Source: Pseudomonadota bacterium (GTDB lineage: Bacteria; Myxococcota_A; Polyangia; Palsa-1104; JAEUJZ01). Taken from it: a DNA stretch of 64,000 nt. A model generated the notes under the pieces. It searched no databases. It was not told the origin of the DNA and saw only the letters and a list, made by a program, of their open reading frames with translations. The DNA is taken from positions 35 through 64,034 of the forward strand of contig DAOLIT010000012.1 in assembly GCA_035328405.1 (NCBI GenBank), read 5' to 3'. A program made the translations under genes and the position numbers. Shown one piece after another: positions 51,156 through 62,077 of this stretch. Numbering within the stretch: position 1 is the first letter of the stretch; each line of letters opens with the position of its first letter.

Positions 51156-54100
51156 TCTCCCAAGCCGGCCTCATTGTGGTTGTTTTGGTGTATGTGGGAT
51201 TCCTCTTCCTGATCGCACAGGTGGCAGAACGCGCTGCGCAATCGGGACGCTCCTGGACCTTCCATTCCAGCATTTACTCTTTGGGACTCGCAGTCTATTG
51301 CACCACCTGGACGTACTATGGCAGCGTCGGAAAAGCGGCCACCGATGGCATGCTGTGGCTGACGATCTATCTGGGTCCCACGCTCGCGCTGACCCTGGCC
51401 CCCTTGGTGCTCCGCAGCATCGTCCGCATCAAAGCCAGGCACAAAGTCACAAGCATCGCAGACTTCATCTCTGCAAGGTACGGAAAATCCCAAGCCGTCG
51501 CGGCCCTGTGTACCGTCATGTTGCTCATCGGAATCGTTCCCTATCTTGCGTTGCAGCTCAAAGCAGTGACAGGAACCTTCGCACTCATGACAAAAGGGGC
51601 CGGTGCGGGCGAAATCATCAGTCCCATCGTCATCGTCCTCATGTTCGGTTTTACCGTCGTCTTTGGTATTCGGCGACTGGACCCCACCGAACGCCATCCG
51701 GGCATGATGGTTTCCCTCGCTGTCGAGTCGATCGTCAAATTGGTTGCGTTTCTGGCCGCAGGTGCCTTTGTCACTTGGACTCTGTTCACAGGTCCGGCAG
51801 AGTTTCTGGACAAACTGGCTGTGGCGCTTCCCAAAACCGTTCCGTTTTTGGGTCGATGTACCGGACCACAGCTTTTGAATTGGGCTACGTATCTTCTGCT
51901 GGCCACCTGTGCTTTTATGTTTTTGCCTCGGCAATTTCATGTGGCAGTGGTTGAAAATTCTGACGAAAAACAGCTTCGCACAGCAAGTTGGTTGTCACCT
52001 CTTTATCTCTTCCTCATCAACATATTTGTCCTTCCCATTGCGCTGGGAGGACTCCTTTTGGCACCAAAGGGAATCTCTCCCGATCAGTATGTTCTTTCAC
52101 TCCCTATGCTTCAGGGACATCGAACTTTGTCCATCTTTGTCTTCGTGGGAGGTTTTTCTGCTGCCATTGGAATGATCATGGTGGAAACGATGACCATGGC
52201 GACCATGGTCTCCAACCACCTGTTTTTGCCCCTTTTGGACGCGAGCCCGACGCTGTGGCGTTTTCGTCGCCACTTGTTGTATGCGCGCTGGTTTGCCGCA
52301 GCGTTGCTCATCGGAGCGTCCTATCTGTTTGAAGTGAAAGTCGGTCGATCGGTCATGTTGGTCAGCATCGGAATGCTCTCCTTTGCTGCGGTAACGCAAT
52401 TCCTTCCCGTAATGTTGGGCGGTCTGTATTGGAAAGAGGGAAATCGAACAGGTGCCCTGTGGGGAGTAGGTGCCGGCTTCTTGATCTGGACCTATACACT
52501 GTTTCTGCCGACGTTTGTACGAAGTGGGTGGTTGCCGAAAGCCCTGCTGACCGACGGACCATTCGGAATTGCGGGTCTGCGTCCAGAAGCTCTGTTTGGT
52601 CTTTCGGGCATTCCGAACTTGGCACACGGTACACTCTGGAGTCTTCTGTTCAACAGTCTGGGATATGTGCTTGGTTCTCTGCTCAGCAAAACAAGCATCG
52701 AGGAACGCCGCCTCTCGGAAGAATTTCTGGGAGCGCAGGCCAAAGTCGATTTGGGAGAAGAAGAGGGAACGCTACCCCTTGCCGAAAAAGTTGCCGCCAT
52801 TGAGACCATTTTGAAGCGCTATTTTTCGTCTGTGGTTGCAAAAGAGATGGTTCAAACCGCCTTGGTTTCTTTGAAACTTGCGGACAAAGAAACCATTGGT
52901 GCTGTAGAACTTGCGGAACTCCATCGCGTTGTGGAAAGACATCTTGGGGGTTCTGTAGGAGCCGCAGCCGCGCACTCTGCCATGATGGAATTGCGCAGCG
53001 GTGTGTCGGCTCAGGAATCACAAGCTTTGGCAAAAGTGTATGCCAAAATTCTGGCCAGTATGAATATGGCTCCGTCGGAATTGCGCAGGAAAGTAGACTT
53101 TTACCAAGAACGGGAGTCCCTGCTAAGACAACAAGCTTCCGAATTGCGGCAAAAAATGGATGCCCTGGATTTGGAAGTGACAGAGCGCCGGAAAGCAGAG
53201 AAAGCACTTCAGGAATTGAACGAACAACTGGAAGGCCGCGTGCTCGAAAGAACCAAGGCGTTGAAAGAAGCGCAAAAGAGACTGCTCGACGCAGCACACC
53301 GAGCGGGGCGCGCAGAAATCGCCACGAACATTTTGCACAACGTAGGCAATGTCCTAAACAGTGTGAATACATCGATCGTGACGATGCTGAGTCTGTTTGG
53401 AAAGTCTCGGATGCCCGTGTTTTCCAAACTCGCGAAGTTGATAGAGGACAAGAAAAAGGGGGACCTTGGGAACTATCTGTCTGTGGACCCCAAAGGGAAA
53501 CAGGTGCCCGATTTGGTCGTCGCGTTGGCCGGGAATCTTCAGGATGAACAAGCACTCCTGAAGGCCGAATTGGAACAGCTTGCGAAGAACATTGAACACA
53601 TCAAAGCCATCATCTCGGTGCAACAATCGCACGCGCGGGCGTCGAGAGTCTTTGAGACCATCGATGTACGTTCGCTTGTCGATGATGCCATCCGCGTCAA
53701 CATTGCGGGTCTTGACCACGCCAGAATCGAAGTGGTTCGAGACTACGATGACCTGCCCGATGTGACGTTGGAAAAGCACAAGTTGTTGCAAATTCTGGTG
53801 AACCTGATCAGCAATGCGCGGCATGCGATGGTTCCGAATCCTCCTGAAAAGGAACGTGTTTTGCGCGTTTCTGTGAAGCCCATTGCAGGCGATCGATTTC
53901 GCATCAGCGTGAAAGATACAGGAATAGGAATCAGCGCAGAGAACCTGGGAAAACTCTTCCAACATGGTTTTACGACACGTTCTGAAGGACATGGTTTCGG
54001 TTTGCATGCCTCGTCGCTGGCGGCCAAGCAGATGGATGGCCAGGTGACCGCGGGCAGTGATGGCCCAGGACATGGTGCGACGTTCACAGTAGAGCTACCT

Positions 54101-54223
54101 TTGACTGCCGAGCAAAAGCGAAGTGAGGATGTGAATGCGGATGCGTCCGATTCCTCATCGGCTGATGCAGATCGCTCCCAAATGCGGGTGGCCAATACAG
54201 CGCCAGCGCAGAGGCACCCATGA
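51152..54223 (+). CDS. Solute:sodium symporter (SSS/SLC5) domain fused to a sensor histidine kinase (CbrA/CrbS-like architecture)
   Basis: N-terminal ~13 TM with SSS-family sequence. Then a coiled coil, H-box ATNILHNVGNVLNSV, and HATPase_c motifs (NLISNARHAM, DTGIGI, GHGFGLH). TTG start with AAAGGAGGTG upstream. Confidence 0.8.
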   Translation: MISQAGLIVVVLVYVGFLFLIAQVAERAAQSGRSWTFHSSIYSLGLAVYCTTWTYYGSVGKAATDGMLWLTIYLGPTLALTLAPLVLRSIVRIKARHKVTSIADFISARYGKSQAVAALCTVMLLIGIVPYLALQLKAVTGTFALMTKGAGAGEIISPIVIVLMFGFTVVFGIRRLDPTERHPGMMVSLAVESIVKLVAFLAAGAFVTWTLFTGPAEFLDKLAVALPKTVPFLGRCTGPQLLNWATYLLLATCAFMFLPRQFHVAVVENSDEKQLRTASWLSPLYLFLINIFVLPIALGGLLLAPKGISPDQYVLSLPMLQGHRTLSIFVFVGGFSAAIGMIMVETMTMATMVSNHLFLPLLDASPTLWRFRRHLLYARWFAAALLIGASYLFEVKVGRSVMLVSIGMLSFAAVTQFLPVMLGGLYWKEGNRTGALWGVGAGFLIWTYTLFLPTFVRSGWLPKALLTDGPFGIAGLRPEALFGLSGIPNLAHGTLWSLLFNSLGYVLGSLLSKTSIEERRLSEEFLGAQAKVDLGEEEGTLPLAEKVAAIETILKRYFSSVVAKEMVQTALVSLKLADKETIGAVELAELHRVVERHLGGSVGAAAAHSAMMELRSGVSAQESQALAKVYAKILASMNMAPSELRRKVDFYQERESLLRQQASELRQKMDALDLEVTERRKAEKALQELNEQLEGRVLERTKALKEAQKRLLDAAHRAGRAEIATNILHNVGNVLNSVNTSIVTMLSLFGKSRMPVFSKLAKLIEDKKKGDLGNYLSVDPKGKQVPDLVVALAGNLQDEQALLKAELEQLAKNIEHIKAIISVQQSHARASRVFETIDVRSLVDDAIRVNIAGLDHARIEVVRDYDDLPDVTLEKHKLLQILVNLISNARHAMVPNPPEKERVLRVSVKPIAGDRFRISVKDTGIGISAENLGKLFQHGFTTRSEGHGFGLHASSLAAKQMDGQVTAGSDGPGHGATFTVELPLTAEQKRSEDVNADASDSSSADADRSQMRVANTAPAQRHP

Positions 54224-54480
54224 GCATGGCATCAACAGAGGAACTGCGCGCCGAACTCTGTCGGATTTCGGGGCTGTCACAACTCCTGGCCCCGGGAGTA
54301 TTGCGCCGGGCTCTGGTTGATTGTGGTGTCACGCCAGAGAACGCCACCGCGCGCGATTTTCTGAAAGCGTTGCCAAAATTGGAAGCCCGGATGCGAGCCT
54401 ATTTGTTGCCCGACGAAGTGGAACGGAGGCTCCTTCAAATGCGCAGACTGATCGAAAAACAGGCGGGAGGGAGAATCTAG
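54220..54480 (+). CDS. Small hypothetical protein (86 aa), translationally coupled between the HK and the MCP
   Basis: Its ATG overlaps the HK stop (ATGA). No recognisable motif. Confidence 0.4.
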   Translation: MSMASTEELRAELCRISGLSQLLAPGVLRRALVDCGVTPENATARDFLKALPKLEARMRAYLLPDEVERRLLQMRRLIEKQAGGRI

Positions 54481-54481
54481 C

Positions 54482-55660
54482 GTGACCGCTCTGTGGTTGT
54501 CTCGCCTGCTGCCTCACCGACGGATAGTATTGGGTGCGGTGTTCACTGTTGTTGCTCTGGCAACGACATGGTTGCTCGTTCTTCAGGACAACAAAGTGCG
54601 GGATGCTTTGCGAAAAAGCACGGGCCCTCATGGACAGAAAAACACGGGCCTGGTGTTTGGTTTGGGAACTGTTTTCCTCTTGGCCGGTGCGGGTTTTTGG
54701 GTGTCTCATCACATGTTTTGTGCATTGGAGACACAGCAAAAGCAAAGAGAACGAGAGTCCTTCTCTGGTTTGTTTCCCAAGCTGGAGGCGTTGTCTCTGC
54801 ACTTGTCCCGCACCCTTGCCGAAGTAGAGGACATGGGACGGGTGGCGATCGAAACGGCGCAAAGTGCGGAACAACAGACGCAACATGTGGCGGACGCTGC
54901 AAGTACGCTGGGAGAACTTACCCTTTCAACAACAGACATCGCGCAGGGTGCAGCAGAGGCGGCACGCATCGCGAGTGATACCAAAGAGGCTGCGGTCAAA
55001 GGCGCCCAGCTTGCAGAGTCTGCTTCAAATCAAGTGCAACAGGTCGCAGAATTTGCGCACGAATTGAATCGCACCGTCGATCGATTGAGTCGGCGGGTTG
55101 GCGAAATCGGTGAAATCACGACACTCGTAAAAGACATTGCAGATCAGACCAAATTGCTCGCGCTGAACGCATCGATCGAGGCGGCACGCGACAGCGGGCA
55201 CGCAACGGGGTTTTCCGTGGTGGCAGCAGAGGTCAGGCGTTTGGCGGATTTGACGGTGCGGGAAACAGGACAAATCTCGGCGCGGATACGTTCCGTACAG
55301 GAAGAAACAGAGCACACCAATCTGTCCATGCAGAAAACGACCAGACAGATTGAGGACATTTTAGGAAACGTAAAGCATGTCCTCGTGACACTCACTTCGA
55401 TCGTCGATATCTCGGGTGTATCCAAGGAACAGATTGCACTCCTTGCGGAAGCGGTCGAGCAGCAATCGCGCGCCATGAATCGAATTTCGCTGACCATGGA
55501 ACAGTCCTCGCAGATCTCTGCAAACATCTTGCAGAGAGTGGGGAATGTGAATCCGAAAATCGAGACGATGCGTTCTGGACTGCTGCAAATGCAGTCGGAT
55601 ATGCAGTCCGTCGTCCGTGAATTGCCCAAACATCCAACGTCGAAGGAGGGAAAGGGGTGA
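54482..55660 (+). CDS. Methyl-accepting chemotaxis protein (short, 2 TM, no large sensor domain)
   Basis: MCP signalling domain core LLALNASIEAAR...GFSVVAAEVRRLAD. GTG start with GGGAGGGAGA upstream. Confidence 0.8.
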   Translation: MTALWLSRLLPHRRIVLGAVFTVVALATTWLLVLQDNKVRDALRKSTGPHGQKNTGLVFGLGTVFLLAGAGFWVSHHMFCALETQQKQRERESFSGLFPKLEALSLHLSRTLAEVEDMGRVAIETAQSAEQQTQHVADAASTLGELTLSTTDIAQGAAEAARIASDTKEAAVKGAQLAESASNQVQQVAEFAHELNRTVDRLSRRVGEIGEITTLVKDIADQTKLLALNASIEAARDSGHATGFSVVAAEVRRLADLTVRETGQISARIRSVQEETEHTNLSMQKTTRQIEDILGNVKHVLVTLTSIVDISGVSKEQIALLAEAVEQQSRAMNRISLTMEQSSQISANILQRVGNVNPKIETMRSGLLQMQSDMQSVVRELPKHPTSKEGKG

Positions 55661-56232
55661 TGGTGAAACAAACTTTGCTTTCCCTGGTGATTGCGCTTGG
55701 GCTTTCTTCCTGTGCCGATCCTCCTGATCCGCCGGAAGCTCCCAAGCCGTGTGTGGCTGCGTGCGATTGCGAAAAGCTCACGAAGGCACTCAAAGAAGCG
55801 CAAGCTCCGGTGCCCTGCGTCCGTGCGGATGCAGTGGAAACCTCTTCTTCGACGGAAAAGAGCCCTCCCTATGCGTCTGTGCTGCCAAAAGAAGCCGAGT
55901 TCGTACAAACAAAGGAACTGGAATGGGAAGACTTCCCAACCTATGCAGAGTCAGCCAGCGCGGCACAACTGAAATGGAATCCCAAAACAAAAGGGGTCTC
56001 TGGTTTTCTCAAACTACCCAAAAAATTTGATGTGGAGGATATGAAGCATTCTTGTGGCCTCATATCTTCCGTCCTAAAAGGGAGTGTGTCTGTTCAGTTG
56101 GGGGAAGACAAACCCACAACGGTCAAAGCGGGCGGTTTTTTGTTCATTCCTGCAAACACTCCCTATCGAATGATCGCAAAGAAAGAAGCGATTCTGTTCT
56201 TAACCACCGACGGACCGTTCGCGAGCCGGTAG
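55657..56232 (+). CDS. Lipoprotein with a C-terminal cupin-like domain
   Basis: Lipobox LGLSSC. Its start overlaps the MCP stop. C-terminal G.FLFIPANTPYRMIA resembles a cupin beta-barrel. Confidence 0.5.
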   Translation: MMVKQTLLSLVIALGLSSCADPPDPPEAPKPCVAACDCEKLTKALKEAQAPVPCVRADAVETSSSTEKSPPYASVLPKEAEFVQTKELEWEDFPTYAESASAAQLKWNPKTKGVSGFLKLPKKFDVEDMKHSCGLISSVLKGSVSVQLGEDKPTTVKAGGFLFIPANTPYRMIAKKEAILFLTTDGPFASR

Positions 56233-57348
56233 TGCCAAATTCTGTGTCCGAAGTGAAGCCGCCTGGGTCAGGGGTTTGTGCAAAACCAGGCGTTCCCCGG
56301 CACGTTCCCCGGCGGATCGAGCAGAGTTTTTGGGCTGTCCTTTGCTTCGGACGTGACGGATGTTGGGATACCGCTGCCGCAGATAGTGGGAAAGCTCTGC
56401 ATCGGCCACCCACACAAGCCCCTGTTCCTGTTGTGCAAGATTTTGTTGTTTGAGCCGGTTTGAAAAACCCGAAATGACGCCGGACAGAAACGTCCGCCGG
56501 TCGCGACGGTTCGCAAGACCCCTTTTGTGCTCGGACCAGAGTCGCTCGGCCTGCTGCGAAAGAAATTCGTACACATACGCAGCCATTTCGAGATTTTCGG
56601 GTCGTCCCAGAATTTCCAAAATCGATCCGCGCAGGCCGGTCTGTACATCGAAACTCTTTACCCAAATGGTTTCGACAAAAAAGTAGCGACCCAAGACCAT
56701 GGCGATCAAACGGAGGTGCTCATCGACGCGACGGGCGGGCTTGCCCAGGTGCAAAAAACTGTGCGACGTCGTTTTCTGCGTCGGAAGTTCCAGGTTGTAT
56801 TTCAGAAGAAGGTCCTGCGCTTTTTGCATCGCACTCTCGGCTTCGTGCAGATTTTGGCTCTCGGCCAGGGACAGAAGTCGGGCGATGCGCCGCAGTTTTT
56901 GCGCCTGCGGACTCAGGTCCTGTTCAGAACGCGTTGCGGTCTTGGGAAGGCCGGAGCTGCTGGCATCGATTCCCCATTTTTTGCAGACAGCCAAAAACGC
57001 AGCGCCATGCGCGGTTTCGTCGGTGCGGCCCAACACTTCGTGGACATACTGGTGCGCCATTTCGTGTTTGAGGACCTCGAGAACGTGTCCCCACGGATGA
57101 CGAAACACGAGCGCCTCGGACATTTCGAGCGATCGGGTATGCGGTTCCCAGCAACCGAGCCGCGAAGTTTTTGGAGACAGCGCGATTTGCGGAGGCATGA
57201 GGGCGCGACGAAACAGAGTCGCGTTCAACTGGTGCCAGGCACGCAGTAGCTCAGCGACGATCACAGCAGCAAATTGGGCCGACACAGAATCTGGAAGGGA
57301 GGTGTTCATGCGCAGGCCGTTTTTCGCACAAGATGCAGAGAATGTCAT
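56200..57348 (-). CDS. SprT-like zinc metallopeptidase domain / DUF2786 protein
   Basis: HExxH (LKHEMAHQYVH) plus the central KLRRIARLLSLAESQNLHEAESAMQKAQDLLLKYNLE motif. Confidence 0.6.
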   Translation of the reverse strand: MTFSASCAKNGLRMNTSLPDSVSAQFAAVIVAELLRAWHQLNATLFRRALMPPQIALSPKTSRLGCWEPHTRSLEMSEALVFRHPWGHVLEVLKHEMAHQYVHEVLGRTDETAHGAAFLAVCKKWGIDASSSGLPKTATRSEQDLSPQAQKLRRIARLLSLAESQNLHEAESAMQKAQDLLLKYNLELPTQKTTSHSFLHLGKPARRVDEHLRLIAMVLGRYFFVETIWVKSFDVQTGLRGSILEILGRPENLEMAAYVYEFLSQQAERLWSEHKRGLANRRDRRTFLSGVISGFSNRLKQQNLAQQEQGLVWVADAELSHYLRQRYPNIRHVRSKGQPKNSARSAGERAGERLVLHKPLTQAASLRTQNLALPARERSVGG

Positions 57349-57392
57349 GTCGGAGAAGGGGTATGTCAGACCGGTTCGCTAGGTTCCGGCGC

Positions 57393-58385
57393 ATGACACT
57401 TCTTGCGTGGGTTCCTTCCTCCTCTGCTTTCTTCCTTTCCGATTCGGAGTGGGCGCGTTGTGAATGCCCAAGAACGCGAGCCCTTCTTTCGACCCTGCGA
57501 CAACAGGGGTTTCCAACACAGGCGCGTTTTGTGCGCGGAACCGAACAGGTCCTTCGCACAGAACAGGGTGTGCTGGTGGATGTGCTGGATTTTTTTCCGG
57601 TGCTGCTGTCGCCGACTGCACAGGTTGAGGCGTCGTCGGATTTGTCGAAACTGTCGGCGATTCTGCGTCTGGCTCTGTCGGTGGTTTCGGCGGGACAGGC
57701 GTGGCCGAAACTCCACAGAATGGGAACGGGCACGCGATACACGGCACGGTGGAGGGCGTCTCTGTCTGTCAAAGAACGGGAAACGGTGCATCGGTTGGGA
57801 AGGAGTATGGGTATAGGGGTCGCAGAACTGTGTACGGTTTTTCCGTCGAGTGATGCCCGATGGCCAGACACAAGCGGACCCGCGCGAACCTTCCTTTTGC
57901 TTCATCAGCTTGTGGATCGGCTTGTGCGCGAAGGTTGCCGCCGGGGGGCCTCTGTCCGTTTGGCAAACACCACCGCATCGTCTTTCGAGCAACGCCTTGT
58001 GCTGGCGTTGGGGGACGACCGCGCACTTGTGCTGGCCCCCTTGCCGAACGATGAGGCGTTTTCGCGCAAGCAAGAAGAATTGAACGACTGGTCGAAAGGG
58101 GCTCTTTTGGGAGTCCACAAACCGATGCTGTTGTCTCCGTGTGGTTGGGAAGCGGACGAGAGCCTGACCCAGGTGTTGGGGCGGTTTATGCGACAGGCAA
58201 AAGAACTGTCAGCAGTGCTCGAAAAGGGGTCGGCTGCGCCGCGTATGTTGCCGACGGGTGCCTGGAAATCAACGTGTACGATTCGGACGGTCGCAACGAA
58301 TCGGAACGGGACAGACACACTGAAGACGAAAACCCCGCTAAGGCTCCGCGAAAAGGAACAGCCGTCGTTTCGCTTTGCGGCATAG
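57393..58385 (+). CDS. Hypothetical protein
   Basis: Protein-like composition and high GC3, unlike the overlapping Arg-rich antisense frames. The start is uncertain. Confidence 0.35.
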   Translation: MTLLAWVPSSSAFFLSDSEWARCECPRTRALLSTLRQQGFPTQARFVRGTEQVLRTEQGVLVDVLDFFPVLLSPTAQVEASSDLSKLSAILRLALSVVSAGQAWPKLHRMGTGTRYTARWRASLSVKERETVHRLGRSMGIGVAELCTVFPSSDARWPDTSGPARTFLLLHQLVDRLVREGCRRGASVRLANTTASSFEQRLVLALGDDRALVLAPLPNDEAFSRKQEELNDWSKGALLGVHKPMLLSPCGWEADESLTQVLGRFMRQAKELSAVLEKGSAAPRMLPTGAWKSTCTIRTVATNRNGTDTLKTKTPLRLREKEQPSFRFAA

Positions 58386-58421
58386 CGCGCGGTTTCCGGG
58401 CTGCTTTTTGGATCGATCTGC

Positions 58422-59921
58422 CTAACGACGGTTTTTCCGACGGCGATTGAGTCGAAAATCTGCGATCCCGCGCAGCAGCGAACCCACACCGAACCACAGA
58501 CACAGACCTCCTATCAAAAAGCCGACGACCTGCGGCAACAGGAAGCCCAACGTCCCGAAAGACAAGAGCGTGATCGCTGCCACGATCGACACGCTCCACG
58601 CAGAGCGTTCGTAGCGTCGCCTGAGCGCCACTCCAAGCACAGCGGCGCTGGCCCGCACGACGGCAGCCCCCGTTCGACCGCTGACGGCCACTTTGGGCGA
58701 CGGCAACGCCTTTTGTGACGGCGCAGGAACGAGCTGCTCTTTGTCGCTTCTTGCGGTGTTCAAGCTGGAAGAAGACCGGCGCTTGCGAAGATGCAGCTCG
58801 CGGCTTTGCGACAAATCGTGCAAGAACATCGCCTCGGCCACACGACCAAAGGTGGCGTCTTCGATCACGACATCGAGCTCCCAGTTCGTGAGCAAACTGG
58901 CCAAGTTCAAATTCGACGAACCGACGCGGCACCACTCGCCATCCACGACAGTGGTTTTGGCGTGCAGCATCGGACCTTGCCATTCAAAAATCCGCACACC
59001 CGCTTCCAGCAAACCGATGTACCCGGCACGGCTCGCCCAAGCAATCCACGGTATGTCGGAACGACCCGGCACCAAAATGCGAACGTCCACGCCGTCTCGC
59101 GCCGCTGCGGTCAACGCTTCGTACATCGACGGAGGCGTCAGAAAATAGGCGTCCGTGATGAAAATGCTCGACGAAGCGTTCGCCAAAAGCACCTGTGTGA
59201 TTCGATAAATCCGCGACCGGCCAGGCAGACCCGACACGATGCGAAGCGGCACATGGCAACAGGGTTGGTCCTCCGAAAGCTCGGCGGCAGGCGGAACTTC
59301 TGTGCCGCGCGCAAGCACGTCTTCCGGTTCTCGTATCCGAGCAGGAAGCGGGGAACCGGCTTCGCTCCAAGTCTCATCGAACGTACGACACAATTCGGCG
59401 GCAGCCGGTCCTTCAAAACGAACGGCGGTGTCGCGCCACGGAGAAAGACCGCGCTCGGGATGGCCGGCCCACGGATCGCCCACGCACAAACCCCCGACGT
59501 GACCGATTTGTCCGTCGATGCACACCACCTTTCGATGGTTGCGCTTGAGCAAAAGGAGCGGATCGGACCATCGCAGCGTCCCAAACGCCCGAACACGAAC
59601 TCCCGCTCGCTGCATTTTGACCCACAGGCTGCGGCTGGTGCCCAGGCTCCCGACCCAATCGAACAAGACGAACACCTCGACGCCCGCCAAAGCCCGTTCG
59701 CACAGGGCGTCCGAGATTTTCTGACCGATTCGATCGGCTCGGAAAATGTAGTTTTCAAACAGGATGAAGTGTTTGGCGCGGGCGATGTCTGCAAGCCACG
59801 AAGCAAAGACGTTCGGGCCATCGCGAAGAAGGGTGACGGTGTTTCCAGGGATTCGAGGGGAATCCCCCGCGCGCCGCAAGGCACGTTCAGGGTCGAGCCG
59901 GTCTGTGTGTTGGTCGAACAC
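58422..59921 (-). CDS. cls: Cardiolipin synthase (phospholipase D family) with C-terminal TM segments
   Basis: Two HKD motifs (HRKVVCIDG, HAKTTVVDG). Two hydrophobic helices at the C-terminus. Confidence 0.85.
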   Translation of the reverse strand: MFDQHTDRLDPERALRRAGDSPRIPGNTVTLLRDGPNVFASWLADIARAKHFILFENYIFRADRIGQKISDALCERALAGVEVFVLFDWVGSLGTSRSLWVKMQRAGVRVRAFGTLRWSDPLLLLKRNHRKVVCIDGQIGHVGGLCVGDPWAGHPERGLSPWRDTAVRFEGPAAAELCRTFDETWSEAGSPLPARIREPEDVLARGTEVPPAAELSEDQPCCHVPLRIVSGLPGRSRIYRITQVLLANASSSIFITDAYFLTPPSMYEALTAAARDGVDVRILVPGRSDIPWIAWASRAGYIGLLEAGVRIFEWQGPMLHAKTTVVDGEWCRVGSSNLNLASLLTNWELDVVIEDATFGRVAEAMFLHDLSQSRELHLRKRRSSSSLNTARSDKEQLVPAPSQKALPSPKVAVSGRTGAAVVRASAAVLGVALRRRYERSAWSVSIVAAITLLSFGTLGFLLPQVVGFLIGGLCLWFGVGSLLRGIADFRLNRRRKNRR

Positions 59922-59948
59922 GGCGCGTTCCCTAAAAACCGATCTTTC

Positions 59949-61877
59949 TTAGGCTTTCTCGGGGGTCAGGACGGGTGGCCTCAAAATCGGCGAGGCGGAC
60001 GATTTCACCGCCGCAGCATCGTTTTTGGTCGAACGCAAACCCGAAGCAGGTCGCTCGGGCAGCGTGCCGCCTTTCAGCAGCACTTCGACATCCTCACCGC
60101 TCAGCGTTTCGTGGACGAGAAGCGCGCCCGAAACCCGCTTGAGCTGCTCGATGTTGGTCGCCAGCAGTTCTTTGACCCGACCGTATTGCGCAAGCACGAT
60201 GCTCTTGACCTCATCGTCAATGATCCGCGCGGTGTCTTCCGAATAGTTTTGGGCTTGCGCAATCTCGCGCCCCAAAAACACATGTTCGTCTTTGCGACCA
60301 AACGTCAGAGGACCGAGTTTGTCGCTCATGCCCCAGTTGCACACCATCTTGCGCGCCAAGTCGGTGGCATGGTCCAAATCGCTGCCCGCGCCCGTCGTGA
60401 GGTGCGAAAACACCAGTTCCTCAGCCACGCGGCCTCCCATCAGCACCGCGATTTTGCTTTCGGCCCATTCTTTGGTCGCGTTCAACCGATCTTCGGTCGG
60501 AAGCTGCTGCGTCACACCCAGTGCCGGACCTCGCGGAATGATCGTCACGCGATGCACGGGGTCGGTTCCCGGCAAAAGATGCGCGACCAACGTGTGACCG
60601 GCTTCGTGGATCGCCGTGATGTGGCGTTCCTTTTCGGAAATGACCATGGATTTGCGCTCGGGGCCCATCAGCACTTTGTCTTTGGCCTCTTCAAAGTCGC
60701 GCATTTCCACCATGTCTTTGCCTTTTCGCGCAGCCATGAGCGCCGCCTCATTCACGAGCGACTCGAGATCGGCCCCGGAAAAACCCGGCGTGCTGCGAGA
60801 CACAATCGACAGTTCCACATCCGGGCCGAGTGGAACGCGCCGCGCGTGAACCCGCAAAATCCCCTCGCGACCTTTGACATCCGGCCTGGGAACCACGATG
60901 CGGCGATCGAAACGACCGGGCCGCAGAAGCGCGGGGTCCAGCACGTCGGGCCGGTTGGTCGCAGCGATCATGATGACGCCATCGTTCGACTCGAAACCGT
61001 CCATTTCGACCAGAAGTTGGTTCAGCGTCTGTTCGCGCTCGTCGTGTCCGCCGCCCAGGCCTGCGCCCCGGTGCCGACCGACTGCATCAATCTCATCAAT
61101 AAAGATGATGCACGGCGCGCTTCGTTTGCCTTGCTCGAACAGATCGCGGACGCGGCTTGCACCGACACCGACAAACATTTCGACGAAATCGCTGCCCGAG
61201 ATGCTGAAAAACGGCACGCCTGCCTCGCCCGCAATCGCCCTCGCCAAAAGCGTTTTGCCCGTGCCCGGCGGTCCCATCATGAGCACGCCTTTCGGAATGC
61301 GTCCGCCGAGTCGAGTGAACTTTTTGGGGTCTTTTAAGAATGCGATGATTTCTTCGACTTCATCCTTGGCTTCCTCAACGCCTGCCACATCGGCGAACGT
61401 GACCTTGTGTTGGTTTTCCGCCATAAAGCGCGCCTTGGCTTTGCCAAAACTCATCGCTTTTCCGCCGCTCGCTTGAAGCTGCCGCATCATCACGAAGAAC
61501 AGCACGACGACCAGAATCATCGGCAGCACTGTCGAGAGAATCATCATGATGATTCCGCCCTCGACCGGCTTTTCGATTTCGTAGTGAATTTTGGCTTTGT
61601 CGAGCGCGGCCAGCACTTGCGCATGCGCGGCTTCAGACGGGCCGACCACGCGCGCCCGGTCTTTCGGAGGCTGTTCGTTGTAGGTGATGTGAAATTCTTG
61701 ACCGTCGATCTTGACCGACTTGATGTGTTTGCCGTTTGTTTCGACTTCCTGCATGAACTCAGAAAAGCTCGGTTTCTTTTCCTCGGTCATCCGAGCCGAC
61801 GAGATGAGCTGATAGGCCGCGATAGACGCCAGACCCATCATGATCCAAACCAAAATTGTCTTGTGTGACTGCCGCAA
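59949..61877 (-). CDS. ftsH: ATP-dependent zinc metalloprotease FtsH
   Basis: Walker [12 protein letters not shown] region and HEAGH zinc motif. Two N-terminal TM segments. Confidence 0.95.
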   Translation of the reverse strand: MRQSHKTILVWIMMGLASIAAYQLISSARMTEEKKPSFSEFMQEVETNGKHIKSVKIDGQEFHITYNEQPPKDRARVVGPSEAAHAQVLAALDKAKIHYEIEKPVEGGIIMMILSTVLPMILVVVLFFVMMRQLQASGGKAMSFGKAKARFMAENQHKVTFADVAGVEEAKDEVEEIIAFLKDPKKFTRLGGRIPKGVLMMGPPGTGKTLLARAIAGEAGVPFFSISGSDFVEMFVGVGASRVRDLFEQGKRSAPCIIFIDEIDAVGRHRGAGLGGGHDEREQTLNQLLVEMDGFESNDGVIMIAATNRPDVLDPALLRPGRFDRRIVVPRPDVKGREGILRVHARRVPLGPDVELSIVSRSTPGFSGADLESLVNEAALMAARKGKDMVEMRDFEEAKDKVLMGPERKSMVISEKERHITAIHEAGHTLVAHLLPGTDPVHRVTIIPRGPALGVTQQLPTEDRLNATKEWAESKIAVLMGGRVAEELVFSHLTTGAGSDLDHATDLARKMVCNWGMSDKLGPLTFGRKDEHVFLGREIAQAQNYSEDTARIIDDEVKSIVLAQYGRVKELLATNIEQLKRVSGALLVHETLSGEDVEVLLKGGTLPERPASGLRSTKNDAAAVKSSASPILRPPVLTPEKA

Positions 61878-62077
61878 AGGGAACCTCTGTGTTTCGACGT
61901 TGGGCGCGAAAGGAATGAAAGCTTACTTAAGACCGCTTCTTCCTGCCAGCCAGAGGGAACGCTGTTTCCATTTTGGCGGAAAGAAACCCGGCGAAAAGAA
62001 AACTTCGCCAGGTGATCCGATGCCCGTCGAGCCCGAGCAACCGCAAGAAAACCGATTCGCGCCTGCTTGTCCGATTC

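Noticed and set aside
57251-58118. Minus-strand ORFs of 206 and 250 aa
   Set aside because: Arg/Pro-rich composition typical of wrong-frame translation. The plus-strand frame has the coding-like GC3.
58791-61337. 848-aa plus-strand ORF
   Set aside because: Antisense to cls and ftsH. Arg/His-rich artefact.
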